DNA from: Antedon mediterranea
Lineage: Eukaryota; Animalia; Echinodermata
NCBI RefSeq assembly: GCF_964355755.1
Contig: NC_092671.1
Location: 22,642,070 to 22,706,069 of the forward strand
Reading direction: 5' to 3'
Length of the DNA stretch: 64,000 bases
Both the position numbers and the translations under genes were made by a program. Shown one piece after another: positions 13,348-25,101 of this stretch (positions are counted from its first letter, which is position 1; every line of letters starts with the position of its first letter). The notes below the pieces were generated by a model that worked only from the letters and a program-made list of their open reading frames with translations, ran no database searches and was not told where the DNA came from.

Positions 13348-14445
13348 CTAAAAAATTAATAGTAAAGGTAAAAAAGCATTAACAAATCATTTTGTACATA
13401 CATAAATAATTAAAAAGGGTGCTCGAGTATAAAATATATAATACCTATAGGGAATATAGCCATACATTATATCATAAATAACATAACAAGTGTTTTTTTA
13501 AGTTATACAGTTGGCAATCTTAGTTTTCAGAAATGTATCCTTAGTTTTGCAACGATAATTAGGATACCTTATTTATTATTGATGTCATTAAATGGCCAAA
13601 AAGAAAAAAAATATAATTAGGCCTATTTAGTATAATTGTACCAATTAAGAGAGCCAGTCACTAAAAATCAAACATTAGGTGGCAAGGGTCAAAATTTCGA
13701 ATTGGCTCATATTTTGCACATCGTTAGACCTTGATGTAAGTAAACCTAATGTGTAGTTTGTTTGGTAAAATATTGCTTAGTTTTCGAGAAAATCGAAAAA
13801 TAACGATTTTTGTCCAATTTTGTTAATTTTTGGTGTATAATTCACATTAAGTTTAACAGCCTCTGGAAGCTAAACGTAGCAACCTAGCGTTTTAATATTT
13901 TACACTTACATTAACTAGCATCTTGACATTTTAAGATTTTTATTAATTATTAATAATTATTTTATTAATTAATTACTAATTAGCAATTATAAAACTCTAA
14001 AAAAGTAGGGTAGTAGGGTTTTTTTTCATGTGCAACAAATTTTTTTTTAATAAAAAAATCATCAATCTAAAGTATAGATACCGGTACTAATATTTATGAA
14101 TCAAGTAAAAGAAAATTGGGGAAACTATTGTGCGCTCTGCGCCAGAGCCACAAAGTTGTAAGAAATTCAAAGATTTAATCTGTCAGCAAGATCAATTAAA
14201 TGTACCTATTATTATCTATTTAGCAATCTAAGTCACTTTGAGCCAAACTTTTATTACGAGAAACAAACTTGAAAGATAAACTGAAAGTTCCTGGAATAAT
14301 TTTGAATTAAGTTGCAATTTACATGCAAACTAAAATACGTCTCTGGTAAAATTTAAATTACTAACCAATACAAAATTAAGCAATTAACTAAAAATCACTC
14401 GCTTATGCTTTGTCAAACCATATAGGCTAGTCAATCTAGCTAAAA

Positions 14446-15108
14446 CAGTCGCGTGCTTAGTGTTTACCGACCGACCGACCAACTGACCGAAATTACTGAA
14501 CATGTTTAAAAATGTTGAAATGTTTAAAAACAGTTATATTTTTTTAATTTACACGTGCGTAGCCTGTCACTTTTGACGTGCTCGTATAACGTAATTTCGA
14601 GTTGAAAAGTAAGTCAAGAAAACAGAAATCGGGCAAAAAGAGTGCGCAATAACATTTAACGCGCAGTGCGCGCGCAAAAATCTGCGCACTCATGGCAATT
14701 TTGTAAACGCTTAAAATTGCCTGAAACGTACTCTTATTTCATCGAAAATAAATTTTGAAAATGTTAAGCGCGCGTACGCATGCGTTACATGCGCTACGCA
14801 CGTAATTGTATTGCCATATGATGATTTATGCCCTGAAATTTATGAGTACCAAATTTTATTTAATTGTGATTCATGGTTGTGAAGATATGATTACAAACGT
14901 GATTTCGTTAAATCGTGCGTAGACCGCGTAATTTTTTATTGCGCACCGTGAAAACATAACCACATCGATTCCTGGCCATAAGGAATATACTGTGAAAAAT
15001 TGACTTAGTTAGATTAAACTGATATCAAGATAAGGTCAGAAAGCGATAAAACGCATAGTGAGACCGACAGACCGACATAGTGAACTATAGAGTCGCTTCC
15101 ACGCGACT
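14446..15108 (-). mobile_element. DINE-1/HINE-like non-autonomous Helentron element (second family)
   Basis: AGTCGCGTG ... CACGCGACT subterminal inverted repeats, ACCG/ACAG microsatellite, terminal AGTCGCTTCCACGCGACT hairpin, A-run flanks; near-identical body at 32294-33686. Confidence 0.7.
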
Positions 15109-15336
15109 AAAAACAGCCTAAAGTGAAACAAATTGCAAACAGAGATTTTTCTTTTTTATATGGTCACATATGATGAGGAGATCAAAATTTGAGCATCACA
15201 CCTCTGTCACTCATCCCGATGATATGCAAATTAGCTTAAATATGCAAATTAGGGTGAAATTACAGGGTTATCATATCTCAAAAACTACTAGTCCGAGAGA
15301 GTTGATTTTTTCACTGATTTATTCAAAATGTATATA

Positions 15337-16163
15337 CCGTATATTTCGGTGCATAAGTCGCACTTTTGACACGCAAATTTGACCTCTAAATTAAGGGTGC
15401 GTCTTATACACCGAACATAAATGCCTCACCACACAGAGTGTACATATCGTCACCTCGTTGGCTAGGCTAGGCCTAGCTACAGTGTACTAACGTAATGGCA
15501 ACCTGCTTCTGCCTAGTTTTCAAGGCATTTTAGCGTGATGTTATACTAAATATGATGAAAAGATTTGTTTATTATGGAGCTGTTTTAGGCGCTCCGATAA
15601 AATTTCATTTGTAAACGTTTACAATTGGAATATTTATTTATAGTTATACGCACGATCGCCGACCGCCGTACCCCCAGCGCAAGCCCTTCTTGGCGGCCAC
15701 ATGTTGTACGGTATTCGACTAGTATATTCTCCAAGTGATTATAGCATGGACCTAGCGTACACACTTCTCGGATACATAGATACTAATCGAATACGATTGT
15801 CCGTGAAAACGTGCGCCCTCTCGAAATGATCGAGCGAGGCTAGCCCACACACGTGCGTGTTAAACACACGGTCATGCACTCGATGTTGCGGGTGCGAAAC
15901 TCATGAATAACAAGTTAGAAACAACTTGTTGAGGCTGGGCGCGGCCGAGCCTAGGTAAGAAAAAAACCTAAATAAAGGACGCCGTTGTAGATATAACAAA
16001 ATATATTATTACAATAAGATTGATTACAATTTAAAAAAAACATTGTTTTGATGAAATATAAGGTGCATCTTATACATCGACGATATAAAAAATACCGATA
16101 TTTTACTCTCAGTTAGGGGATGCGTCTTATACACAGGTGCGACTTATACACCGAAATATACGG
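15337..16163. mobile_element. Tc1/mariner(pogo)-type MITE, copy 1
   Basis: TA|CCGTATATTTCGGTGCATAAGTCGCAC ... GTGCGACTTATACACCGAAATATACGG|TA. The empty site AATGTACATATTTATAT is seen in neighbouring subrepeats. Confidence 0.9.
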
Positions 16164-19100
16164 TATTTATATTTTCTCTAATGAAACATTTTACAAAAAA
16201 AAGACCGGAAGTACAACATTTGACCCTCGACCCCATTTTCAATGTTTGCGTACACAATGTGACTGAAATGTCTGTAGAGACTTTATTTTGCCGTCAAATG
16301 ACCCCGATATAGGTTCCTAATAGCTAGCATAGGACCACTTTATAATTCCCAAAATCACACCTTTGTCACACACCTCGAAAGTATGCAAATTAGTAGTACA
16401 AGTTAAATAAAATATGCAAATAAGAGTGAAAATTTACAGTTGTCATATATGTCAAAAACTACTAATGCTAGAGAGTTGATTTTTTCACAGCTGTATTCAG
16501 AATGTACATATTTATATTTGCTCTGATGAAAAATTTTACATAAAAATGACCGGAAGTATGACATTTGACCCTTGACCCCATTTCTCAATATTGCATATTA
16601 TAATAAAACTAAAATGTCTGTAGAGATTTTGTTCTGCCCTCAAATGACTCGGATACAGATTTCTAATAGCCAACATAGGACTGTTTAGTAAATTTCAAAT
16701 CACACCTGTATCACTCACCTCCAAAGTATGCAAATTCTTAGTACAAGTCACATAAAATATGCAAATTAGGTGGTGAAATTACAGTTTCCTATATATCGAA
16801 AACCACTAAGGCTAGAGAGTTGATTTTTTTTTTAATTGTTCAGAATGTACATATTTATATTTGCTCTAATGAAACATTTTACGAAAAAATGACCGGAAAT
16901 ACAAAAATTGACCCTTGACCCCCATTTATCAATGTTTGCATACATAATGCGACTACCATGTCTGTAGAGACTTTATTTTAGACTCAAATGACTCGGATAC
17001 AGTTTTCTTATAGTCTGCATAGGACCGTTTTGTAATTTCCAAAATCACATCTTTGTTACACACCTCGAAAGTATGCAAATTAGTAGTACAAATTACATGA
17101 AATATGCAAATAAGGGGGTCAAATTATAGTCTTCCCATATCTCGAAAACCATTAATGCTAGAGAGTTGATTTTTTCAAGGCCTTATTCGGAATGCACATA
17201 TTTATATTCGCTCTAATGAAACATTTTACCCCAAAAATTTACAAAAGTATGACATTTGACCCTCGACCCTATTTCTCAATATTTGCATATAATGCAACTA
17301 AAATGTCTGTACAGACTTTGTTTTGGCCTCAAATGACTCAGATACAGGTTTTCTATAGCTAGCATAGAACTGTTTAGTAATTCTCAAAATCACACCTTTT
17401 TACTTCCCTTGAAAGTATGCAAATTAGTAGTACAACAGGTGAAAGTTGCCATATCTCTATCGGTCATTAGGGTTTTTTCGAGATATGGCAATTCACTGTA
17501 ATTTGCATATTTCATATAACTTTCTTTTACTACTAATTTGCATACTTTTGAGGTGCTTGACTTTTAGAATTACTAAACGGTCCTATACGGGCTATATAAA
17601 ACCTGTATACAAGTCATTTGAGGCCAAAACAAGGTCTGTACATACATTTTAGTTGCATTATAATTATATGCAAATATTAAGAAATAGGGCCGAGGGTCAA
17701 ATGTCATACTTCTGATAAAGAAATAATAAAATGTTTTATTAGAGCGAATATAAATATGTACATTCTGAATAAGGGCTTGAAAAAATCAACTCGCTAGCAT
17801 TATTGGTTTTCGAGATATGGGAAGACTGTAATTTCACTCCCTTATTTGCATATTTCATGTAATTTGTACTACTAGTTAGCATAATTTTGAGATGCGTGAC
17901 AGAGGCGTGATTTTGGGAATTACAAAGCGGTTCTATGCTGACGATAGAAAACCTGTATCCGAGTCATTTGAGTCCAAAACAAAGTCTCTACAGACATTTT
18001 AGTCGCATTATGTATGCAAACATTGATAAATGGGGTCAAGGGTCAATTTTTGTATTTATTTTTGTATTTATTTATAAAATCAACTCTCTCGGACTAGTAG
18101 TTTTTGAGATATGATAATCCTGTAATTTCACCCTAATTTGCATATTTAAGCTAATTTGCATATCATCGGGATGAGTGACAGAGGTGTGATGCTCAAATTT
18201 TGATCTCCTCATCACATGTGACCATTTAAAAACGAAAAATCTCTGTTTGCAATTTGTTTCACTCAAAATGCTAGATTGACTAGCCTAATATTATTATAAA
18301 TTATTCAGTTCTATCCTCTCATAGTTTATAGGAAAAAACTGAAAACACATTTGTTTAACTTGTTATCGTTTTCCTGTTTGTCGAACCTGGTTGAACTTAC
18401 TCAATGAGAATGTTTCACAACATTAACCACATCAAACAAAACACTTTACTGACAACGATATCTTCATTGACGTTGACAACGGAACTGATTTTTTATCCAT
18501 TTTAGTTTATGTCTTACAATGTAAAGACGTGTTGAAAATAATTCTTATATATAATTATTGTCTGATGGCTTTAAGTTCAAACAATATGGAGATTTCATGT
18601 TCTATTAAATCGGTTGTCGGCAGAGCTTGTGGATTCGATAGAAAAGACCGCAAACAGAGCACTGAAGTCCTACCTTTACAAGCATGCCAGAAGGAAATCG
18701 TTGCACACAGATACATGTTTAGGTTTACGGGCTGGGGCATCGATAGTGAGGTAGACCTAATTCTTAGTCGAGCAGCCATGTTTAGCTTGCCCGATGATAT
18801 ACATAGTTGGACTGTTTGTCCCTTGCATCGATCGGAACTGGGCTTAGGTTGGTCTTGAGGAAATAACAACAGATGTAGAGTGCCGCCTGATCTCTCTAAT
18901 CACATCCAAAGCAAGGGAAAGGGACCTAAGTGAGATAGGGGTATTAGCAAAGAAGATTCGCAACTAATATTAAAGAAAACAGGAACTTTCCTGCAAGTTG
19001 GTTCAGGTAAATACAATTTAATTTTTATATTTAATGTAATTTAAAATGTTAAAAAAGAACCTGTAAGTAAATGTTTTTACGCTTTTTATCAGGTATCTGT

Positions 19101-19662
19101 TCAACGCAAGATGCTGAAGTTATTGTTACCTGTAACCTCGAACACTGAAACAAATAGCCCTAGTCTCGTCGATCAGATGAGTGCACTAACAACTGTAAGT
19201 TAAAAAATACCGTACAGTATGACATTTATGAATACGCATTTATTGGCGGAAAGATTAAGTAAATAATGTGTTTCATGTTACTTTGTTCATTTTATTTCGT
19301 ATGTTGATGGTAGGAGGAATAATTTCTGCATTCCCTGCCATTGTCATCATCTTTCTATATATATCAATATTATATATTCAAGGGACGTCAGTCCAATTAA
19401 ATATCCTTTATCTGCACTGCTGGAGCAAGTTTCAGACCGTACTTAACGTTTCCACATGCGAAAGGCTCGTCAAGTTGTCTCTATGTGCCTGGAAGAAATC
19501 GCACCTAGTCAGTCGACTACTCTACTTGAAGTTACATCAAGTGATAAAACCACAGAAGCTGACGAAAGAACCGATTCTTCTCTATTAGATGCACTTTCAG
19601 AATGCTACCTTCATACTAACCACTGGAGTACAAGACGTCAGATTTTATCGATCATGGTTGAT

Positions 19663-22600
19663 GAAGCCGCTCGTATTGTCGGAGATACTGTGAGTAATAT
19701 ATCAGAGGCGTCCCCTGATTCCCCTAAATTCGTACTTGGAGATATAAACCACAGCGGTAAAGAAATAAAGAAAGCGTTGCCTACTTTCAAAAAGTACGTT
19801 GATAAACCTACTCGAGACGGGAATATCCTGGACAAGTGTTTCTGTAATTTAAACAAGGCCTATAGATGTATTATCAACGCTCCTATTGCAAGTTCTGATC
19901 ATAACGTCATTACCCTATTACCAACATATAGACAAAAAATTAGAGCGGAAAAGCCTACCAGGAAAATAATTAAAGTTCGAAATAGTGAGGCAATAGAAAA
20001 GCTACAAGAATGTTTCCAGTCTACTGATTGGTCAGCACTTATTGATACAGCAAATGACCTTAATTCAGCAGTAAAAGTTGTGAATGATTATATCTCATTT
20101 TGCGAGGAATTATGTGTTGAAACTAAACGTGTCACCTTTTATCCAAATCAGAAGCCTTGGTTTACACACCAAGTCAAAGCACTCATTCGCGAACGATCAA
20201 ATGCCTTTAAAAGTGGTGATACAGTTCGCATTAAATCTATAAAAGCAGAAATAAAGAATGAGATAAAAAGAGCAAAATATTTATTTAAAGGAAAGCTTGA
20301 AAATTCCATGGAATCTGGAGATGCCAAGGCGGCCTGGAATTGTATGAATATTATGTCTGGTGTTAAAGCAAAAAAGAAGATGGACCTTTCGCTATACAAT
20401 GACGGTGATAAATTTGTTAATGACCTAAACAAGCACTTTGCGCGATTTGAGAATGCCAGTCCTACCAATTGTACCAATCTGACTTCAAATATTATTACTA
20501 GCGAACATGTTAAGATTCAGCCTTGGAAAATTGAAAAGTTGTTAAAAAAAGTGAAACGAAATAAAGCAAGTGGTCCTGATAACATTAGCGGCTGTATTCT
20601 GAGGACATGTGCCCATGAACTGTCTATTCCCTTTACCAAACTGTTTCAACTGTCGTTAGATAATCATATTGTACCATCGGTCTGGAAAGATGCATCTATT
20701 ATTCCAGTACCCAAAATTCCAAACCCTAAGATTTTGAATGACTACCGCCCAATAGCCTTAACCTCGATAGTGATGAAATGTTTGGAAAATTTATGTGTAA
20801 CTTAATTATTACTCCCTTATCCCATTTAATTGATCCATATCAGTTTGCATACCAATCATGCAGATCTGTCGATGATGCGATACTAACTCTTACCCAACTG
20901 TTAAACCCGCATACAAATAACTTAAGTTGTTATGCGAGAGTTACCTTTGCTGACACAAATATAGGATCACCCCAAGGATGTGTGTTAAGCCCCCTCTTGT
21001 TTATTTTATATACCAATGACTGTAAGTCAACTTCTAGTAGCATACATTATTTAAAATATGCGGATGACACCGCCATTGTTGGCCTATTAAAAAACAGAGC
21101 TAGTGAAACTGAATATCATGATGAAATCGTTGCTTTTTCGAATTGGTGTAAGACAAATTGCCTCTTACTAAACGAAAAGAAAACCAAAGAAGTAATAATT
21201 GATTTTCGAAAAAAATATACTGCTTTGGCTCCCCTAAAAATTAATAATCAGGAAATTGAATCTGTTGAAAGCTACAAATACCTAGGTGTGACTGTTGATA
21301 ACAAATTTAGCTGGGAGAAACACTGTAAAAATACTATAAAAAAAGGAAATACACGACTGTTCTTTCTCAGAAAACTGAGAAATTATGGGGTAGATAGAAC
21401 TGTATTAAATTTATTTTACTCTTCGATTGTTGAGAGTGTGCTCACTTTCTGTTGTGTTGCCTGGTTCTGTGGATGTAGAACAGAAGAAAAAACCAGATTA
21501 CAACAAATATTAAATAAAGTAGGTAGGATCACAGGATCTAGACATAATTTGGATGACCTTTGCAACAAAATCATAAGAAATAAGGCTATGAAAATTTGCG
21601 ACGACTCAAACCACCCTTTAAATAAACATTATGTTAAAATGAGATCGAAAAGACTAAATGTGCTGAGATCGTGCAATAGTAGGGTTATAGTCAGGGTCCT
21701 CGTGTATTTCCGTAGGATTTTAATGTCCAAAGTGAGATTTTACTTGATTTCACTTTATTATGGTGCTAGGATACCAAAAATGTTAGGTAACAAATTTTCA
21801 CGATCCCGTAACCATGGTAACAGCCCCAAATTCAAAATGGCGACCAAATGGCCATATCTCCATAACCCTTTGGTCTATTGACAAGATATTGGCATCAAAA
21901 TACTCGGAATATATATATTTATATTCGTTGTAATAGAACATTTTAACTAAATGCAACCGGAAATGCTATTTTCTGTACTATTGACCCTTGACCTTGACTC
22001 GTACTGTATCTTAAAAACGGCTGGTCATAGAAATTTTTAAATGGTCTCAAATTGCTCAGACCTTATATATTTATATTTATTGTAATGCAATATTTTGTTA
22101 GAAAATGACCGGAAGTAAAGTTATTGACCTTTGATATAGAGAATAGCTTACAAGAATTTTTATTCAGTAGTCTATGGTCATATCTCCATAACCCTTTGGT
22201 CTATTGACAAGATATTGGTATCAAAATACTCGGAATAAATATATTTATATTCGTTGTAATAGAACATTTTTACTAAATGTAACCGGAAATGCTATTTTTC
22301 TGCACTATTGACCCTTGACATTGACTCGAACTGTATCTAAAAAACGGCTGATTATAGAAATTTTAAAATGGTCTCAAATTGCTCAGACCATACATATTTA
22401 TATTTATTTTAATGGAACATTTTGTTAGAAAATGACCGGAAGTAAAGTTATTGACCTTTGACCTAATAAACATGAACTTTATGTATATAAGCATTTATCT
22501 ATTTCAGCATGTATGGTCAATTGTTTGTGGTGGGGATTAAAAAAATGAGTTTATACATATTATCATCATTCGAATATTTAATTTATAATCACATATTTAG

Positions 22601-25101
22601 TTTTTATATATTTTATAAATAGTATATACTTTATAGTGTAAGCACATTTATCTATGTAAACAACTTTGGACAATAGTAAAAATTACAGCAGAAATTCATT
22701 CATTCATCTACTTCACTAAAATGACGTAGCCAAATTGATTCTTCCTGCACTTTTCCTGAAATGTTAATTGCTATACTTTTTTCATTTTGGAGCTCCAAGA
22801 AACTGGAGCTCCAAAATTGGATTAAAACATTTTTAATTACATCAGTACTATGCATTTATTGTGTCAGCATCCGTGTTGCCATTAAGACAGTCAAGGAGTG
22901 AGAGTGGTTGATTCTTCAACTTTTGTACCTTTAATGCTTGTTCTTGAAACATTTTCATATAATGGAGGTTTCTCATACATTGAACTGCTGCCCCGGCCAT
23001 ACATTATTACGTGGTTAGACGTTCCTTGGTTTTTCTTCTTAGATGTTTCGAGATATGAGAAGCAATCTTTCAATGCTAACATTGACTGCCATTTTGTGAG
23101 TCATATCGCCAAGCCAACGGACCAATTTAAGGAGTGAGATTGTTAGAAGTTTTTGATGTTTACAGCATCTTATGATTTTATCTCCTTCAAGCTACTAAAT
23201 GTTTTTAGTTTAATTTTCATTTCAGGTAGTCCACAACAACCAGACTTTGCTCACAAACTTCAAAAAGCTTCAACTCCTTTTTTTATTATCTCTGTTTAAG
23301 ATATATTTCTTTACTTCTTTTGAAATTATTACTAAGACAAAGTTTTAAAAAGTGTTGATTTTGTTATGAATGTATTTTGATGAAATCTTGAAGTATTTGT
23401 GTGTTTTGTGTTGAAGAGTGAGTTCGATGGGATATCTAGTTCGATTTCCTCCTCCTAAGTAATGCCAACAAGATCACCAATCCATTTTAACTGGTTTTCC
23501 TTCTGTTCTAGAGCCTGATCCGGGAAAAGAGCAAATAGTCTATTTCTTTACATTCAAATTAATTACATTCTTTTATTCACTGTTATTGGGTCATCTACAT
23601 CAAGCCAAGCTGGTCATTTGTGTGTTAGATGGCAATGTATCAGACGAGCATATAAATGAAAACCAGTCATGGGCAAAACAAATCTGCAAGATACCTTTCT
23701 AATATTATAGGTTATAATTACCATCAAATCTCACTCTGACATTTACTACTTTTTAGTTTTAGCTAAATCAGAAATCTTCAATTAATAAGTTTATAGAGAT
23801 TCAAAATGGCAATTGAAAACAATATTTGAAAATGTGAGTTTAGAAAAGAACTGAATGCATAACATAATTATCCTAGTGAACGCCAGGCTAGTGATCTGGA
23901 GGTTGTTGTCCCACATTACTTAAGTATTAATGATGTATTCTTAGTAAAAGTGAAAATTACGTCAGAGTAGGGCCAAAATATCTGACCAATATTTATCCAT
24001 CCTTGTAATGTAAATAGCTAATATTCTCTATGTCAATGGTGAATAACTTTACTTCCGGTCATTTTCTTACAAAATATTGCATTACAATATATGTATTGTC
24101 TGAGCAATTTGATACCATTTTTAAATTTCCATGACCAGCCGTTTTTTAGATTGAGTGCGAGTCAAGGTCAAGGGTCACTAGTAAAAAAAAAGGCATTTCC
24201 GGTTACATTTAGTCAAAAAGGTCTATTACAACGAATATAAATATATTTATTCCGAGTATTTTGATACCAATATCTTGTCAATAGACCAAAGGGTTATGAA
24301 GATATGACCAGAGACTACGGAATAAAAATCCTTGTAAGCTATTCTCTATGTCAAAGGTCAATAACTTTGCTTCCGGACATTTTTTAACAAAATATTGCAT
24401 TACAATAAATATAAATATATAAGGTCTGAGCAATTTGAGACCATTTTTAAATTTCTATGACCAGCCATTTTTAAGATACAGTACGAGTCAAGGTCAAGGG
24501 TAAATAGTACAGAAAAAAAGCATTTCCGGTTGCATTTAGTAAAAATGTTCTATTACAACGAATATAAATATATATATTCCGAGTATTTTGATACCAATAT
24601 CTTGTCAATAGACCAAAGGGTTATGGAGATATGGTCATTTGGTCGCCATTTTGAATTTGGAGCTGTTACCATGGTTACGGGATCGTGAAAATTTGTTATC
24701 TAGCATTTTTGGTATCCTAGCACCAAAGTAAAGTAAAATCAAGTGAAATCTCACTTTGGGCATTAAAATCCTACGGAACCCCTATTTTCATACATGAGGA
24801 ACCTGACTAGTTATGCGATATTTTAATTCTTTTGTTCCGTATTCCATTAGACTGTTAAATGATATTGCATAATTTTTGAAATTTTTGATGTATTGCTGCT
24901 TTTTTATTATTTATATAGTCAATAGTAGTTTTATGTTCATACTTGTACATTGTTAAATAATATATAGTGTTTTTAAATATTGTAATTAATTATTTTTATA
25001 TGAAACGTTTTATATATTTTTGTACTATATTGTGAAAAGCACTCAAAATATTTTCCTATGTGGAAAAAATAAAGTTATCAATCAATCTATCAATCAATCA
25101 A
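19663..25101 (+). mobile_element. 5'-truncated Rex1/Babar-like LINE inserted in the transposase
   Basis: APE C-terminus (LGDINH, TR..NILD, SDH) and RT (NDYRPIALTS, PQGCVLSP, YADD, YKYLG); frameshift ~20790 and internal deletion after ARVTFAD; AATAAA plus (ATCA)n tail at 25068-25101; TTGAT duplicated (19658-19662, 25102-25106). Confidence 0.9.
21688..24809 (-). mobile_element. Academ-like DNA transposon (deletion derivative) with ~780-bp TIRs and transposase remnant
   Basis: TAGTCAGG ... CCTGACTA termini with GTTA TSD; removal restores the LINE frame SRVMRYFNSFVPYSIRLLN. Minus-strand remnant FALFPDQALEQKENQLKWIGDLVGIT at ~23458-23535. Confidence 0.75.

Larger units (their letters stand above)
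14423..18287. mobile_element. Academ-like non-autonomous foldback element with arms built from ~340-bp subrepeats
   Basis: TAGGCTAGTCAATCTAGC ... GCTAGATTGACTAGCCTA with ATA duplicated; 15120-15310 is inverted at 18075-18265; symmetry centre near 17460. Confidence 0.7.
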
